In this document: in pieces, positions 49,022 to 60,152 of the stretch | How positions within the stretch are numbered: the first letter of the stretch is position 1 | Layout: every line of letters starts with the position of its first letter | Source: Anthoceros angustus | Lineage: Eukaryota; Plantae; Anthocerotophyta | Reading direction: 5' to 3' | Assembly (NCBI GenBank): GCA_010909165.1 | Contig: VJWM01000223.1 | Span: forward strand, 186,001-250,000 | DNA length: 64,000 nt | Program-made: the position numbers and the translations under genes | The notes under the pieces: model-generated | What the model was told of the DNA's origin: nothing | Seen by the model: the letters and a program-made list of their open reading frames with translations, nothing else | Database searches by the model: none

Positions 49022-50204
49022 GACATAAACTAGAAAAATGTTGGCTGGAAAAGGATAATAGAGGTGTAGAGAGAAGGCAGAAAACTAAAGGAGAGTGGAA
49101 GGGGTACAAAACTTAACTAATAACGTTTCAGTTTTGTGTTTTTAGGGTTACCAGAAAATAAGAAGCACAGATGGAAACTAAAGTTAGGGCACCTTTCCAG
49201 GTGGCTACCTACACCAACCGCCACCAAGTCCCGTGACACCTCTTAAGAGCTAGCAACAAGATGCTGCAGAATCCAGCAAAATTCTGCAAGCAATCACTGA
49301 AATTATGGCTTGAGGCACCACAATCCTAGGAAGAATTAGAGTGCTACCCTCTTGGAAGCCTCCTCACATCGTTGCTTGAGGCTAGGGCAGTACAATGCAG
49401 AAATTGGATCTCTCGCAGAGAAGGCCGTAGTTCTATCAGAGTTCAATTGTTCAAGGGAAACAACCAATTCATCTACAGTGGCCTGGATCTCTTGAAGTCT
49501 TCTATACAGCGATGTAATCCTACCACCATTGTGGAAACCCTCATCAAATTTTATGTAGATTGAAGGCGGAATTTAGAAGGCATCCGGCCGTATATGGTCG
49601 AACTCCAGTTCGGTCTTGATCGATCTTTGATTGCGATTATAAACCCTTGAACGATGAATGCAGGGACGCGGACGGGAGAGGCACCACAACAATTCTTCAC
49701 ATCGAATTTGTGTGCCTGTGTTCTCCTAGGATGTCTCGAACTCGGAACTTGCTCAAGTGTCCGGTCCCTGAGGAATTTGTTGTCTAGTTCTGCTTGGGCT
49801 CTAAGATGATAAGCAGAATTAGAGAAATAAAACAGATCCTCGGAACGACGCCCTGTCCTCCGCGTCATTGCTCTTCTGCTTCACATATTCAGATTAAATA
49901 AGCAAAGCATTATAAAGCTAGAAGCCATCGGGTCCTAGAATACTAGCAAGTTTGCAATATAGATAGACAAACATTGATCTAACATATATTCAGACATTGA
50001 GCACCTGGTGCTCTGTTACCATGAAACTTTGTGAGCGGAAGCTCGTTGAATTGCAAAAAGGAACAAAGCAATTAATTAAAAGTTGAATACAAAATTGTTT
50101 TAAGTACTCCATGTGGGCAGGTGTAACCATTCACCACTAACCAAGATATTAAATAACAAAATAATAACTGGTAGGTTAATAACAACCTTCCACATTCTAA
50201 CAGA

Positions 50205-51800
50205 GGTGACCCTGGAATTGCTCTCAAAGTAGGATGGAAATGCTGCGATTAACTTACCGCAAAAATGCCTCCTCCACTACTATGGGGCAAACCCCGGGGG
50301 TGGGCTTCTCCATGGCCAACAAGCGACTGGCTTCCAACACTTGAGCAATCCGCAAGGGGGTCTCCCCTCTTGCCACCGTAGCCAAAAGAAACAACTCCGA
50401 GATCCCGCTAGAGGGATCCTCGGGGGTAAAGTAATCTTGGAGATGGTCATAGACCATCCCCGTGAACTCCGTGGAAAGGCGGCGAGATAAGGCCCAGGAG
50501 CGGCCCTATCCAAACAAAAAGGCTCCTCGGTAAAGTAGTCCCTAATGTCTGGCAAAATGGGATCGCCCGACGTCGGATGGAGGGAGTGAAGGGCGCTAAT
50601 AGTCTCCTATGAAGCTGGCACCTCTAGCTCCGGTCGGAGAGCCCGAGCATACTCCCCTGAGGAGTATGCTCGGGCCAGTGCGACCAAGCAAAAAACACGA
50701 CTTAAGACGCACCCTCCCAAGGTCCAGACAAACCCCATCCACCTTAGCGGAGTCTAACCGAGACGTCACTGCGCACCCACACTGTTCTTGTAGAGCCTCC
50801 CAGTCCCCAGCACAAAAATCGCACAGGTGGAAGGTGACCTCTTGGGGGCCTGAAAAACCGCCACGAGAGCGCCTAAGACACTACTTGAGGAGGAAAAGAA
50901 ACAATGGCCAGGCAGCCTTGTCCTGGAGATCTTGCGTGAGACGCTCCAAAGGGAGCCGATAGGCAAGACAGACGTCATCTTGAAGGCACCTCGGGAGGCG
51001 CTAAAATAGGCGAGGTGCGGAAAAAGAGGTGTTGTAGAGAGCCAAAAGGTGATCAGGTTGTCTGTGAAGTCACTGCAAGAACCCTGAAGGAGGTCCTGAG
51101 TGAGAATTTGGGCTTGGAACCGAGGGAGCAACGACAGAAGAAAAAGCCAGCCGATATTGAGCCTCCACGTTCTTTGGTCGAAGTCCTTGGGAACTAAGCC
51201 GATGTGGTTCCTAACCCCCCGAGTTGTGAAAAATTTTCCACAGACATGGCAAAGGGTATCCCGGGTGGAGGTCGAAAAAGAAGGCCCCATGGCAGAGAAT
51301 ACCCTAAAAGAGAACCCACCCGACCGTCCCCGTCGTGGGCCCCACAAGACTTGTCCCCTCCAAAAAGTGAACCACCCGACTGTCCCTGTGGTGGGCCCCA
51401 CCAAACCTGTCCCTGTGGAGGGCTTCACCAGACTCATGGACACTGCCTGAGCTCACACAAGGTGACGCTGGCTGCACCTGCACATCAACTCCGCGACAAC
51501 AAATTTTAAGCCTCTCGGCCCAAGTCCGGCCACACGACAACGGCTTGTGCCTGTGGCCTAACTCACGGGCCCAGTTAACGCCATCGGCCATAAGCCGCGG
51601 GCCCGCCTATGCCGCCACGCCTCAAGGCGCGCGCGCTCTAGTCGCCATGCGCCGAGGGCCACTATGCGTGCTCGCCAACGCCACCGCCAGTCCCTACATC
51701 TTGCGGCGCAGACTCCAGGCCGCGGCGGCCGGCTCGCCCTCGCACCGCCTCGCCAACCGCCACCATGCCGCCACGACCATCGCACCGCTCCTTGCTTCTC
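50205..51800 (-). mobile_element. 5' part of a CRE-like non-LTR retrotransposon (zinc finger through start of RT), degenerate
   Basis: GC-rich leader, CHVCGKFFTTRGVRNH zinc finger, RAAPGP...YDHLQD, and ASRLLAMEKPTPGVCPIVVEEAFLR (the RT N-terminal motif of CRE/SLACS type). Boundaries approximate. Confidence 0.75.
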
Positions 51801-52526
51801 CTTGCTTCGATGTCACATCACCAGCTATACAAATCTGATAAAGACAAGGAAATGGGAAGTGAAAGTTCTCGGAAGCTGCTTACGAAGCTTCGCTCGGCTG
51901 TCAGGTCGAAATGTTGTTACGATAATGGGTGCACTGGTTGGCTGTCGGGAAGGCAAGCTCCTTCCCTGAGGGAGGTCTTATCGCCTTTGACGGCACATAT
52001 GGACTGTCGCCTTTCGATTGCACAATTCGGCTGGATTGCATCTCTTGAAATATCTCGTCTGAAATTTTAAACACGTAAACCTGGAATTATTGCAGAAAGC
52101 GCGAGTCCTTAGCCAACCCTAAGGGTTCCAAGCGACCGAGAACGACAGAGGCACGCCTGGCAGGCGTTTCTGGGGAGGTACTGCATCTCCAAAGACCTAC
52201 TCCAAAGAGGACCCGCATCTCCCAAAATCATCTCAGATTCGCAACAGATTGTCAAAAGTGAATCCTGGATAATCAATCCAGTCTGCCAATCAAAATAGAT
52301 GATACAACAGCCCAATCCCGGCCGATGCAGTTCCTGAGGCTCTCAGATCCCCATAGCCTATCGACAGTGTCAGCAAGACACCAGCAACAAGTATCTGGTG
52401 TGACGTAACTTGTCAAGGAACGAAGTGGGTTTCGGCCGGAGTGGATTTCTGCCGGTTACGAAGTCTGACTGCCATGGGATCCGAGATGTGCGATCGACCC
52501 ACCGAAAATAAGTGCTTTAACAACTG

Positions 52527-55500
52527 TCAAAACTTGAAATCTTTTTGCTTCTTGGCCTTCCCTTCCTTCTCTTGAGCTTTTCTCTTTCGTTTCTTCTCAA
52601 CCTACCGGAGTACAAGCAGAGCGTCAAATAAATAATCTCAGCTTCGGCGTGTCCAAAATATTCGACCACAAAAGAACCATGTACAATACCTCAGCAACCA
52701 TGTCACTGAAATCTTCTGGCTGGGCACTCCGTTTCTCCTCTTCCCGAGCTTCCTCAAACCTGTGAGACCAGTCTTAAGGCTCCTTGGTGCTCAGGAAAAG
52801 AGTGCATCAATGTTGGCAAAAAACAACAGAATTCTTACTTGGCAGCAAGCGCAACATCATCTAGCCCTTCCAGTTCCTCGGGCCTGAGTGTAATGTCGAC
52901 CTTATCTGTTCTCTGACTCTTCAGCAAGTCAACCTGGTAACAAACAAGGTGATTATTGAAAACAGATCCAGGCAAACCCGGGAAGCAATCACCGTCGCAA
53001 GAGGTAAAATACCTTCTTAACTCCGGGTTTATCTGCTGCTGGAATAACATACCTAGGGAAGTACCACAACAATCAACAATGATCAGAAAACGTCACTGAC
53101 TACGCTTGCAATCATGAATGTTAACAGCATTGAAGGTTCTGAGAATCAGTACGTATGAGATACACCCATCAACGCTCCTGGTGCCACCCGCTCTTCTTTC
53201 TCTTCCAAAACCTACAGATGTGAGAAAACGACAGTAATCAGAAAGAAAGTGGACAACAGGAGTCACGGCGCCTGATGACTATTCTGTTCAACTTACGTGA
53301 TACAACTGCTTATCAGTTTCTTTTCTTTGGGATTTGCGGAGATCAATAACATCTGGGGTCTCCACTCCAGTGGGTGTCCTGCAAAGACAACCAAATATTC
53401 AAATGTGACTTGAATGAACATATGCAGCTACCCAAAACAAGGAATATACATCACAATACACAAAGGAAACCATACGTTGACAAGCTATCAGCGACTGAAG
53501 CAACACCAGCTTGTAGCTCTGCTTCATCCATCTCTTCCTCCTCCTCTTCCTCCTCTTCCTCCTCCTCCTCCTCCTCTTCCAGATCACCCCAGTGCTTTGA
53601 CCGGTCCACAGGTTCTTCCTGCAAATTAGAACAACTTGATTAAGTTACAAGAGATCAGGCAATCATATACAAGATAACTACTGAACATTCACACTTACAT
53701 CAAAGAGATCTGGTTCTTGCCGGTGAACACCAAACACATCACCATAAAGGGGCCGTCCATACTGCCCTTGTCATTGACAATCCCGGGTCAGTTTGCATCA
53801 AACATAGCATTTATTAAGCTGGCTTGACACTCAACGATATGTGCATTACCTCATCAACAGGAGGCTTTCCCCACCCTCCAGGATGGTAACCAAACATAGC
53901 ATTCTCTGGTATAGGAGCATTTAAACCTGGTATCTTAAGGTGTGGATATGAAGGAGGAGGACCATAGCGCTGCAAAACATATCCAATCCCAACTATGAGA
54001 TAAAGATCCTTGCAGTGAAGCATCGGAATCATATGCTTCCGCTCAAGAAACAATAGTGCTCAAAAGATGCTTACTTGCATGTTTATCAGCCAAGGGGGTG
54101 GAGATCCATCTGGCATGCCTAATGCATCCTTCAATTCATGTGACAGATGCCCAGGTTTCATCTCTCGCAACTTGACCTACACACCACCTCAAGAGTTATG
54201 TAAAAAGATGCGCAAGTCAATAACACAACATAACACTAGCTTGTGCAAACATTTTAGAAGCTGAAGTCAAACCAACCTCAAACTCCTTGCCCTCATGATA
54301 TAGGTCTCCATGAGAGGTCAATTTGGGTTTGGTTTGATATTTGAAGAATGCATCATGCAGAACCTGAAAAAGGCAACATAACCAAGGGGAGAGTGTTAGT
54401 GATAAAATGGCTCACACAAACCATGCTGCAAACACACACATGCAAGCACCAGCAAAGCTAGCTCCCAAAGGGCGAAGGAACACACCTGATAGTCAATGTC
54501 CATCTTCCCCATCTTCGGCTGCATCTTCTCCCTTTGCTTCTGTTTTAGTTTCTTGCTATCCTCTTTGTCAATGTACGCCTGACACCCAGAAACGGTTACC
54601 AAGTGAATATAAGAAGCAGAATTTTCATGTCCCACTCACCAGCTTGTAATACAAGCGACAGATTACTGAAGCAAAGGGCAGTAACGCACCTGTCTTATTT
54701 TCTCAATGCCAGTTGCAGCAATGAAGTCGGGTAGTTGAAATGGCTGTTTCTCTATACCACGCTTTCCCTGCAGTCACAACCATGCACAAGGAAGTCAGCA
54801 CAGCATTTTGGCTTTTCAATTGCACTGACCACTGATACCTAAAGTCCTCCTAGCAACAGGAATTAAATGCTCATATTATGATGACTTCACCAACAGCCGA
54901 GCACACTAGAGTTGCAACGCCCAACAAGTCTGCACTGCGAGGACCAATAGCTCCAAGTCAGAGCACAAAAGAGAAAGTTGGGGTGCCTCATGCTTGCCAC
55001 AATGTGTAGGCAGACGACACTAGGGTGGAAGATACTAGGGAATCGGATTGAGCTACAAGGATTTGGATCAGCGACACAACCCCCCTCACGCCTGAAATAA
55101 AGTCCATCAAGGTGGTCGCTATTTTCAAAATTCAGGGATGAACCAACCCCAATCTCAGTGCACAACCCTGGACTCATCTCATACAATCAAACAAAAGACA
55201 GTCTCCACTCCGCCTGTGGCCACCTACATACCAGTCCTCCTTGCCAGTCAGAAACGGCGATGAACCGCACCCTGCATCCACCACGTGAAGCAAATAAGAG
55301 GCATGACACCTAAGCCACTAGCAGCCCCCTCTTTGCACTCAAATGCAAGACCCACATGCAGTGAGGTCATCCACCTCCTTTAGGTATGACTCCTGGACAC
55401 ATAGCCACAGACCAGGACATGAGGTGAAAGTAATCACCTGTAAAAACTTCCGCTTTTGACACCAATGCCTTGGTACAGGAACAGTATTCCGATATGCCTT

Positions 55501-56525
55501 TAAGAAAACAAGCAGGCGCGGATCTGCAGCTGTGGCATCCCAAACCTGCAAAGAATGAGCTAAACCTTTTAGGACAAAACTGTGTTCCAGAGCACCATCC
55601 ACATATGGAGCTAACCAGCCGATCAAGAGATAGTAATAAACAATTACCTCTACAACATCTGGCTTCAGGCATTGCTGCTTGAGTTCAGCAATCTTCATTC
55701 TCCGCTGAAGCTGCAGATAAGAGCAAAGTCCAAAGAGACCAGAAAGACTTAGCAACTTATTTTAACTAAGCTACCATAGAACAGCAGTTGTCCAAGCGCT
55801 GCACAGCCAAGGAGGAACGAGCAGACAACCTTCTTCTGTTTGTTAGATAGACCCTTCGGATTTGATTTGTTGCCCTGGTCATCCTCATCGTCATCGCTGT
55901 CTGCAGACGCTTTTTTCACATCTTGTGCTTGAGTGACCTCGTTCTTCAGCTCATCATCCTGAAAGAAATGTGAAATTTTGAAATCTATCATAACCGTCAG
56001 CAGAATGTTCCAGATGTGACCAGACAGTCTAAAATTTAAGACGCACCTTCAAAGAGACAGGAAACATCTCCTCAGCTACAGAAAATTTTTCAAAAACCCG
56101 GAAGAAGTCCTGAACTGCGGGGTTTATGTTCCCGGAATCGTCTGCGAGGTCTGGCTTCTCGGACACGTACTCCACCACAACTTTCTCAACTGGCTGCAAA
56201 GAGTATTGCGGACTTGTAAGAGACTGAATGACAAGCACCCAATCTTTTGAAGTCAAAGTTATGGAATGGTGTGCAGCAACGCGGGCCTGCACTTTACAAA
56301 ATCACTCGCAAGTAGGGCGGGGTGAACACAAACCTCTTTGACTGTCTCTTCCGCATCACTCTCGCCCCCGTCATCTGCACCATTTTCAGTAGTGTGATTG
56401 GCTTCAGTGCCTTTCCCTTTCTTTTTTTGCTTCCTGCGTCTGCGCCGTTTCTCTGCCTCCCGAGCCTTCTTGGATTCCGCAGTGACTCCATTTTCAACCG
56501 GCGGTACTGCTACCTCTTCTCCCAT
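52527..56525 (-). CDS. SF3B2: Splicing factor 3B subunit 2 (SAP145/Cus1 homologue; multi-exon)
   Basis: IAELKQQCLKPDVVEVWDATAADPRLLVFLKAYRNTVPVPRHWCQKRKFLQ, KMQPKMGKMDIDYQ, RYGPPPSYPHLKIPGLNAPIP, GYHPGGWGKPPVDE, and C-terminal KKQKDFKF*. Confidence 0.96.
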
Positions 56526-56602
56526 GTCAGACCGAAGGATAGTGAGCTTGACGCAGGGAGTGCGCTTCAAGGAACCAAGTAACAGTGGCCCTAACTTCTT
56601 AT

Positions 56603-56610
56603 AAACCCTA
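56603..56610 (+). promoter_or_regulatory. Telo-box (AAACCCTA) upstream of SF3B2
   Basis: Exact motif about 80 bp upstream of the SF3B2 ATG. Telo-boxes are common near plant RNA-processing genes. Confidence 0.5.
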
Positions 56611-57224
56611 CAACGCTAACAGTGCACGATTACAGCTAAGCAAACGGATATCCCCGCAGTCCACGACTCGATATCTTTATCAACGGATCGTAATTAGGTG
56701 CCAACAGACCAATGTATGCACATATGAAGGAGGAGATGGGTGAAGGATGGATCGTCTATTTCTGAACCCGAGTAAGAGCAAATGGCTCCTCGACGGATGT
56801 GCCGTCCTGGGAGGCACGGGTACAAACATGGAAAGACGTTTTATGCGCTAACTTTTTCTTTGCAGGACAAAGGAAAACGGTGTCGTCACAAGGGTATCGA
56901 AGAGAGGCAAGCATAGAAGTGGGAAGGACAAACGTGAGAGCAAAAAGAGAATCCGGTCTTGCCTTGCGGCGCATTGATAGCCCTTATGGAAGCGTGAACC
57001 AATTCTTTTTTTAATAAATTTGTATGGATAAACAATGATTTTAAAAAAAGGCTCCAAATTAGGCTCTTTCCAACCCTTGTGGAGCCCATTTGGTTGGCAT
57101 GGACCTCCCCATAATACTATTCCTTCACCTACAATTCCATGAAAGCGTCTATAATATAAGTATTATATTCATAAAATAATATATATATTAATATCTAAAT
57201 AGTATTGTAAATCCTTCAGACGTA

Positions 57225-57487
57225 AATTTTTCAAGTTGTAATCTAATTTGTAAATTGTGTTGTAAAGCCAACGATTCGCAAATTTTTAAGGTTGTAAATG
57301 GCCTTGTAAACTAGGTTGTAAACTAGGTTGTAAAGCATGTTTGGATTATGTTGTAAAGCAGGTTATATATTAGACTGTAAAGTAGATTGTAAAGCAGGTT
57401 GTAAAGCAAATTGTGGATTAGGTTGTATAGCAGGTTGTAGATTAGGTTATAAATGGCCTTGTAAAATAGGTTGTAACATGCATTGTA
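57225..57487. repeat. GTTGTAAA micro-repeat-rich tract (left flank of the CRE insertion)
   Basis: More than ten (G)TTGTAAA/GTTGTA motifs at irregular 10-25 bp spacing. Confidence 0.8.
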
Positions 57488-57502
57488 AAAAAATATCGAT
57501 TA

Positions 57503-58697
57503 CGTTTTCTTGAGGGAAAAAATGATGGGGAAAAACCCATCCAGTAGGGTACAGTGAAGGTGGACCCTGGGGGTCAAGGTGAAAAGGAGTGGTTAAGCTC
57601 TTTACCTAAAGTTACCTACTGCTCTTAGAACATCATTTGCAGGAAGAACAAATGGCCTGTAAACTACGGAGGAAAAGGAAGAAGCGTCAGCTATCGTCGC
57701 CGACTTGTAAAGGATTGCCGTCGAGAGGGCCCTTTGGAGGGCAATGAAGATTGGCTGTCTGAAATAAGCTGTGAAAAATAAGAAAGGGCCAACTCCGCGC
57801 CATGCCTACGGGCGTGGTTGGATTTGGCACAAGACATGAGAAATTTATCTAAGTCCGCAGCCATTTGCCCTTACGTTTCGAGTGCGAGCGGAATAAATAA
57901 GTGGCCCGCTTGCATCCCGCTATACTTTCTGACCTTGAGAGCTACAGTAGTCGCGGTAGCCCAACCACAACAGTTAGTGATAACCTGAGCGGAGATGGTG
58001 TCTCAAGCAAGGTCACTAGCTACTACGTCCGCCACTGAAACCTGGTCACTACGGACAAAGTACAAGTCAGCCTTGATTGAATGACCTATTCGAAGAATGT
58101 AGCCTCGCTCCCTCCAGGCCATGTAGCCGCTTTCGCGAGCTATGGCAAACATGACATCGTGGATAGAGTCATGGATGGCAATGCGATGACCTCCATAGGG
58201 ACAACGAGCCAGGTGTACCCTAGAGTCATCGAGGGCAGAGCCGCACTTGCAGGTAAGGAGGGAAGACGCCACAAGCTGAAGTAGGCCAAGACACAATCGT
58301 ATCGTAGCGGTGAAGGTGGTTGGTACGATGACAAAATCCCATATACATGGACAAGCCAGAAGCCAAGTGACTGTGCCCTTACTAGAACAAGAGCGAAGAC
58401 GAGCCCACGAGGTCTTAGGGATGGAGGGGTCTAAGAGGACGGATTGGAAGGCTTGGCCGAGTTGCTTCTCAAGCAACAACCCCTGCAACCCCTTGAAACC
58501 ATCGGAGCTGAACTTCGAGAAAGGAGGAAATTTCCGCCGAGAATCCGCCAGAAGCATTTCTTTACACTGCCTCAAGGAAATTTGGAGAGGGAAGGTGTCC
58601 TCCTCCACACTAGACACAAGATCCTCCAGAAAGGGCCTATCGTAGAGGATGAAGCGAGAGGCCAAAGCAGGAGCTGATAGGGCCCAGCTGCCTAAGG
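57503..58697 (-). mobile_element. 5'-truncated CRE-like non-LTR retrotransposon with a CCHC finger and restriction-like endonuclease
   Basis: CKCG...HLARC...RIAIHDSIHD, KADLYF...VADVV, ALKVRKY...FIPLALET*G, then the same C-terminus and 3' UTR as 2165-2517. Confidence 0.85.
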
Positions 58698-58714
58698 TAC
58701 ATACAATGGAAATA

Positions 58715-59090
58715 AGGTTGTACTCTATGTTGAAAAATAAGAGTGTATGTAGGTTGTAAATGCGATTGTAAAATACCTTGTAAATAAACCCGCTTTTACA
58801 ATGGTTATGCAGTTTAATTTTCAATAGTTAATTTATCAAACTACAACCTCTCATTAACAACCTACTTTACAACCTAGATTACAAGCCAACTATGTACAAA
58901 AGGCATTGTTTCTTAAGTTGTAAACTTGCTACCTAGATATCTTACCCCTCGAGTGCTAATGTGGCCACCACATCAACAATTTTACAGCCTCATTAACCTG
59001 TTAATCTATGAACGTGTAAATGTATGTATTTACAACGTGAGGTTACAAATTACGTTGTAAAATAAAATGTAAAAAAATTGTAATTCTTGT
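58715..59090. repeat. GTTGTAAA/TTTACAAC micro-repeat tract (right flank)
   Basis: The same motif continues on the plus strand, then appears inverted (ttacaacc) at 58795-58900. Confidence 0.7.
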
Positions 59091-59238
59091 AGTGAATGTT
59101 TGATCCTCGTGTCATAGCGCCCGCTTGCAATAATTTGGTATTTGTAATAAAACGTGTTTTGTTGGAGAGTGCATCGCTTCATTTCAAAAAATGGGAAATC
59201 CAAAAAGTGGGAGAATGTGACATCTCTTTGAAAGTGAT

Positions 59239-59381
59239 TGATTGCCATGGCCATTAGTTTAGGAATTTTAGTCCAATTTTGTACTAATTCAAAAACTTGA
59301 CAATTACCTGTGATTGCCATGGCCATTAGTTTAGGAATTTTAGTCCAATTTTGTACTAATTCAAAAACTTTGACAATTACC
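59239..59381. repeat. 72-bp tandem duplication
   Basis: tgattgccatggccattag...gacaattacc starts at 59239 and 59311, differing by one indel. Confidence 0.92.
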
Positions 59382-59419
59382 TTAATAATAGCAAGGGAAA
59401 AAACTCTGACCATTGAATG

Positions 59420-59900
59420 CCCCAACACTCATATGATAGCTCTGTGTTCAAAGGCGGTGATTGCATTTCAAACCTCTTAGAGGTGAAAAAGTCGAAGCTC
59501 CAAAGACGGAAATGCATTAGCCTTGAGCACGGAAATACGCATGACTCCGGTCGATAGTAGGACATATCGGGCTTGGCTAACAACTCTTTACCACAACATT
59601 TTTCTAGTCCCTCCACACTAACCTTACTTATGCCAAGTTGTAGTGAGGTAAGCGTGAGAAAATAATCTCTTACCACATATCATTTGGAATTCTACATTTA
59701 CCTCTGTTGGGTTCACCAATATGTTTATTTCTTCCACGGCCTAAACACCTTCCCATTTGCAAAATGTTTGCCTCTTCGTTTTCCTTTTTTGAACTAGTGC
59801 TACCTCCTCTGGCTTACCATCCTAATTTTGGACTCCCACTTTAGCCATAGACCTTATTCTGGACGAGATTGTGCCATCGTTCAAAGCTATTGTGGACTAG
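59420..59900 (-). mobile_element. Possible decayed L1-type LINE C-terminal (zf-RVT-like) remnant; probably continues at 63537-64000
   Basis: Broken-frame RLPHYNLA*VR...CCG...ESCVFPCSRLMHFRLW resembles the LINE RLP..NL..R..C..C..E..H.FF.C..W pattern. Heavily degenerate. Confidence 0.4.
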
Positions 59901-59905
59901 CTGAG

Positions 59906-60140
59906 TGTTGTGACCTTGCACGCCGACTGCACTGGGAGCGTAGTTTAGGGCACGGTTCACATGTGTAGGTTTTTAATCACAACTAGAACGTGGTAGATGG
60001 TAATTACTGTACTTAACCTCAGCAGTTATTGGACCAGTTAGTTATGATGAGAGCAATTAATACTGCAATCAGTACATGTATAAATATGCCCCTTTCATCA
60101 ATGAAAATCATCCTTTCCTCAAGACTTGTGCCCCACTTTA
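59906..60140 (+). repeat. 5' LTR (TG...TA)
   Basis: Aligns with 63297-63531 without indels; 10 substitutions in 235 bp by manual count. Confidence 0.97.
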
Positions 60141-60152
60141 TGGTATCAGAGC
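60141..60152 (+). promoter_or_regulatory. Primer-binding site (initiator tRNA-Met type)
   Basis: TGGTATCAGAGC immediately follows the 5' LTR. Confidence 0.95.

Noticed and set aside
49030-50200. 5' LTR/PBS of the decayed copia element
   Set aside because: No tRNA-Met PBS and no similarity to the sequence beyond RNase H (43300-43690).
50225-50245. GTAAGT splice donor at the end of the CRE RT fragment (possible exonisation)
   Set aside because: RT-like homology continues past it (R*VNRSISILL*EQFQGHL), so it is just a nonsense mutation.
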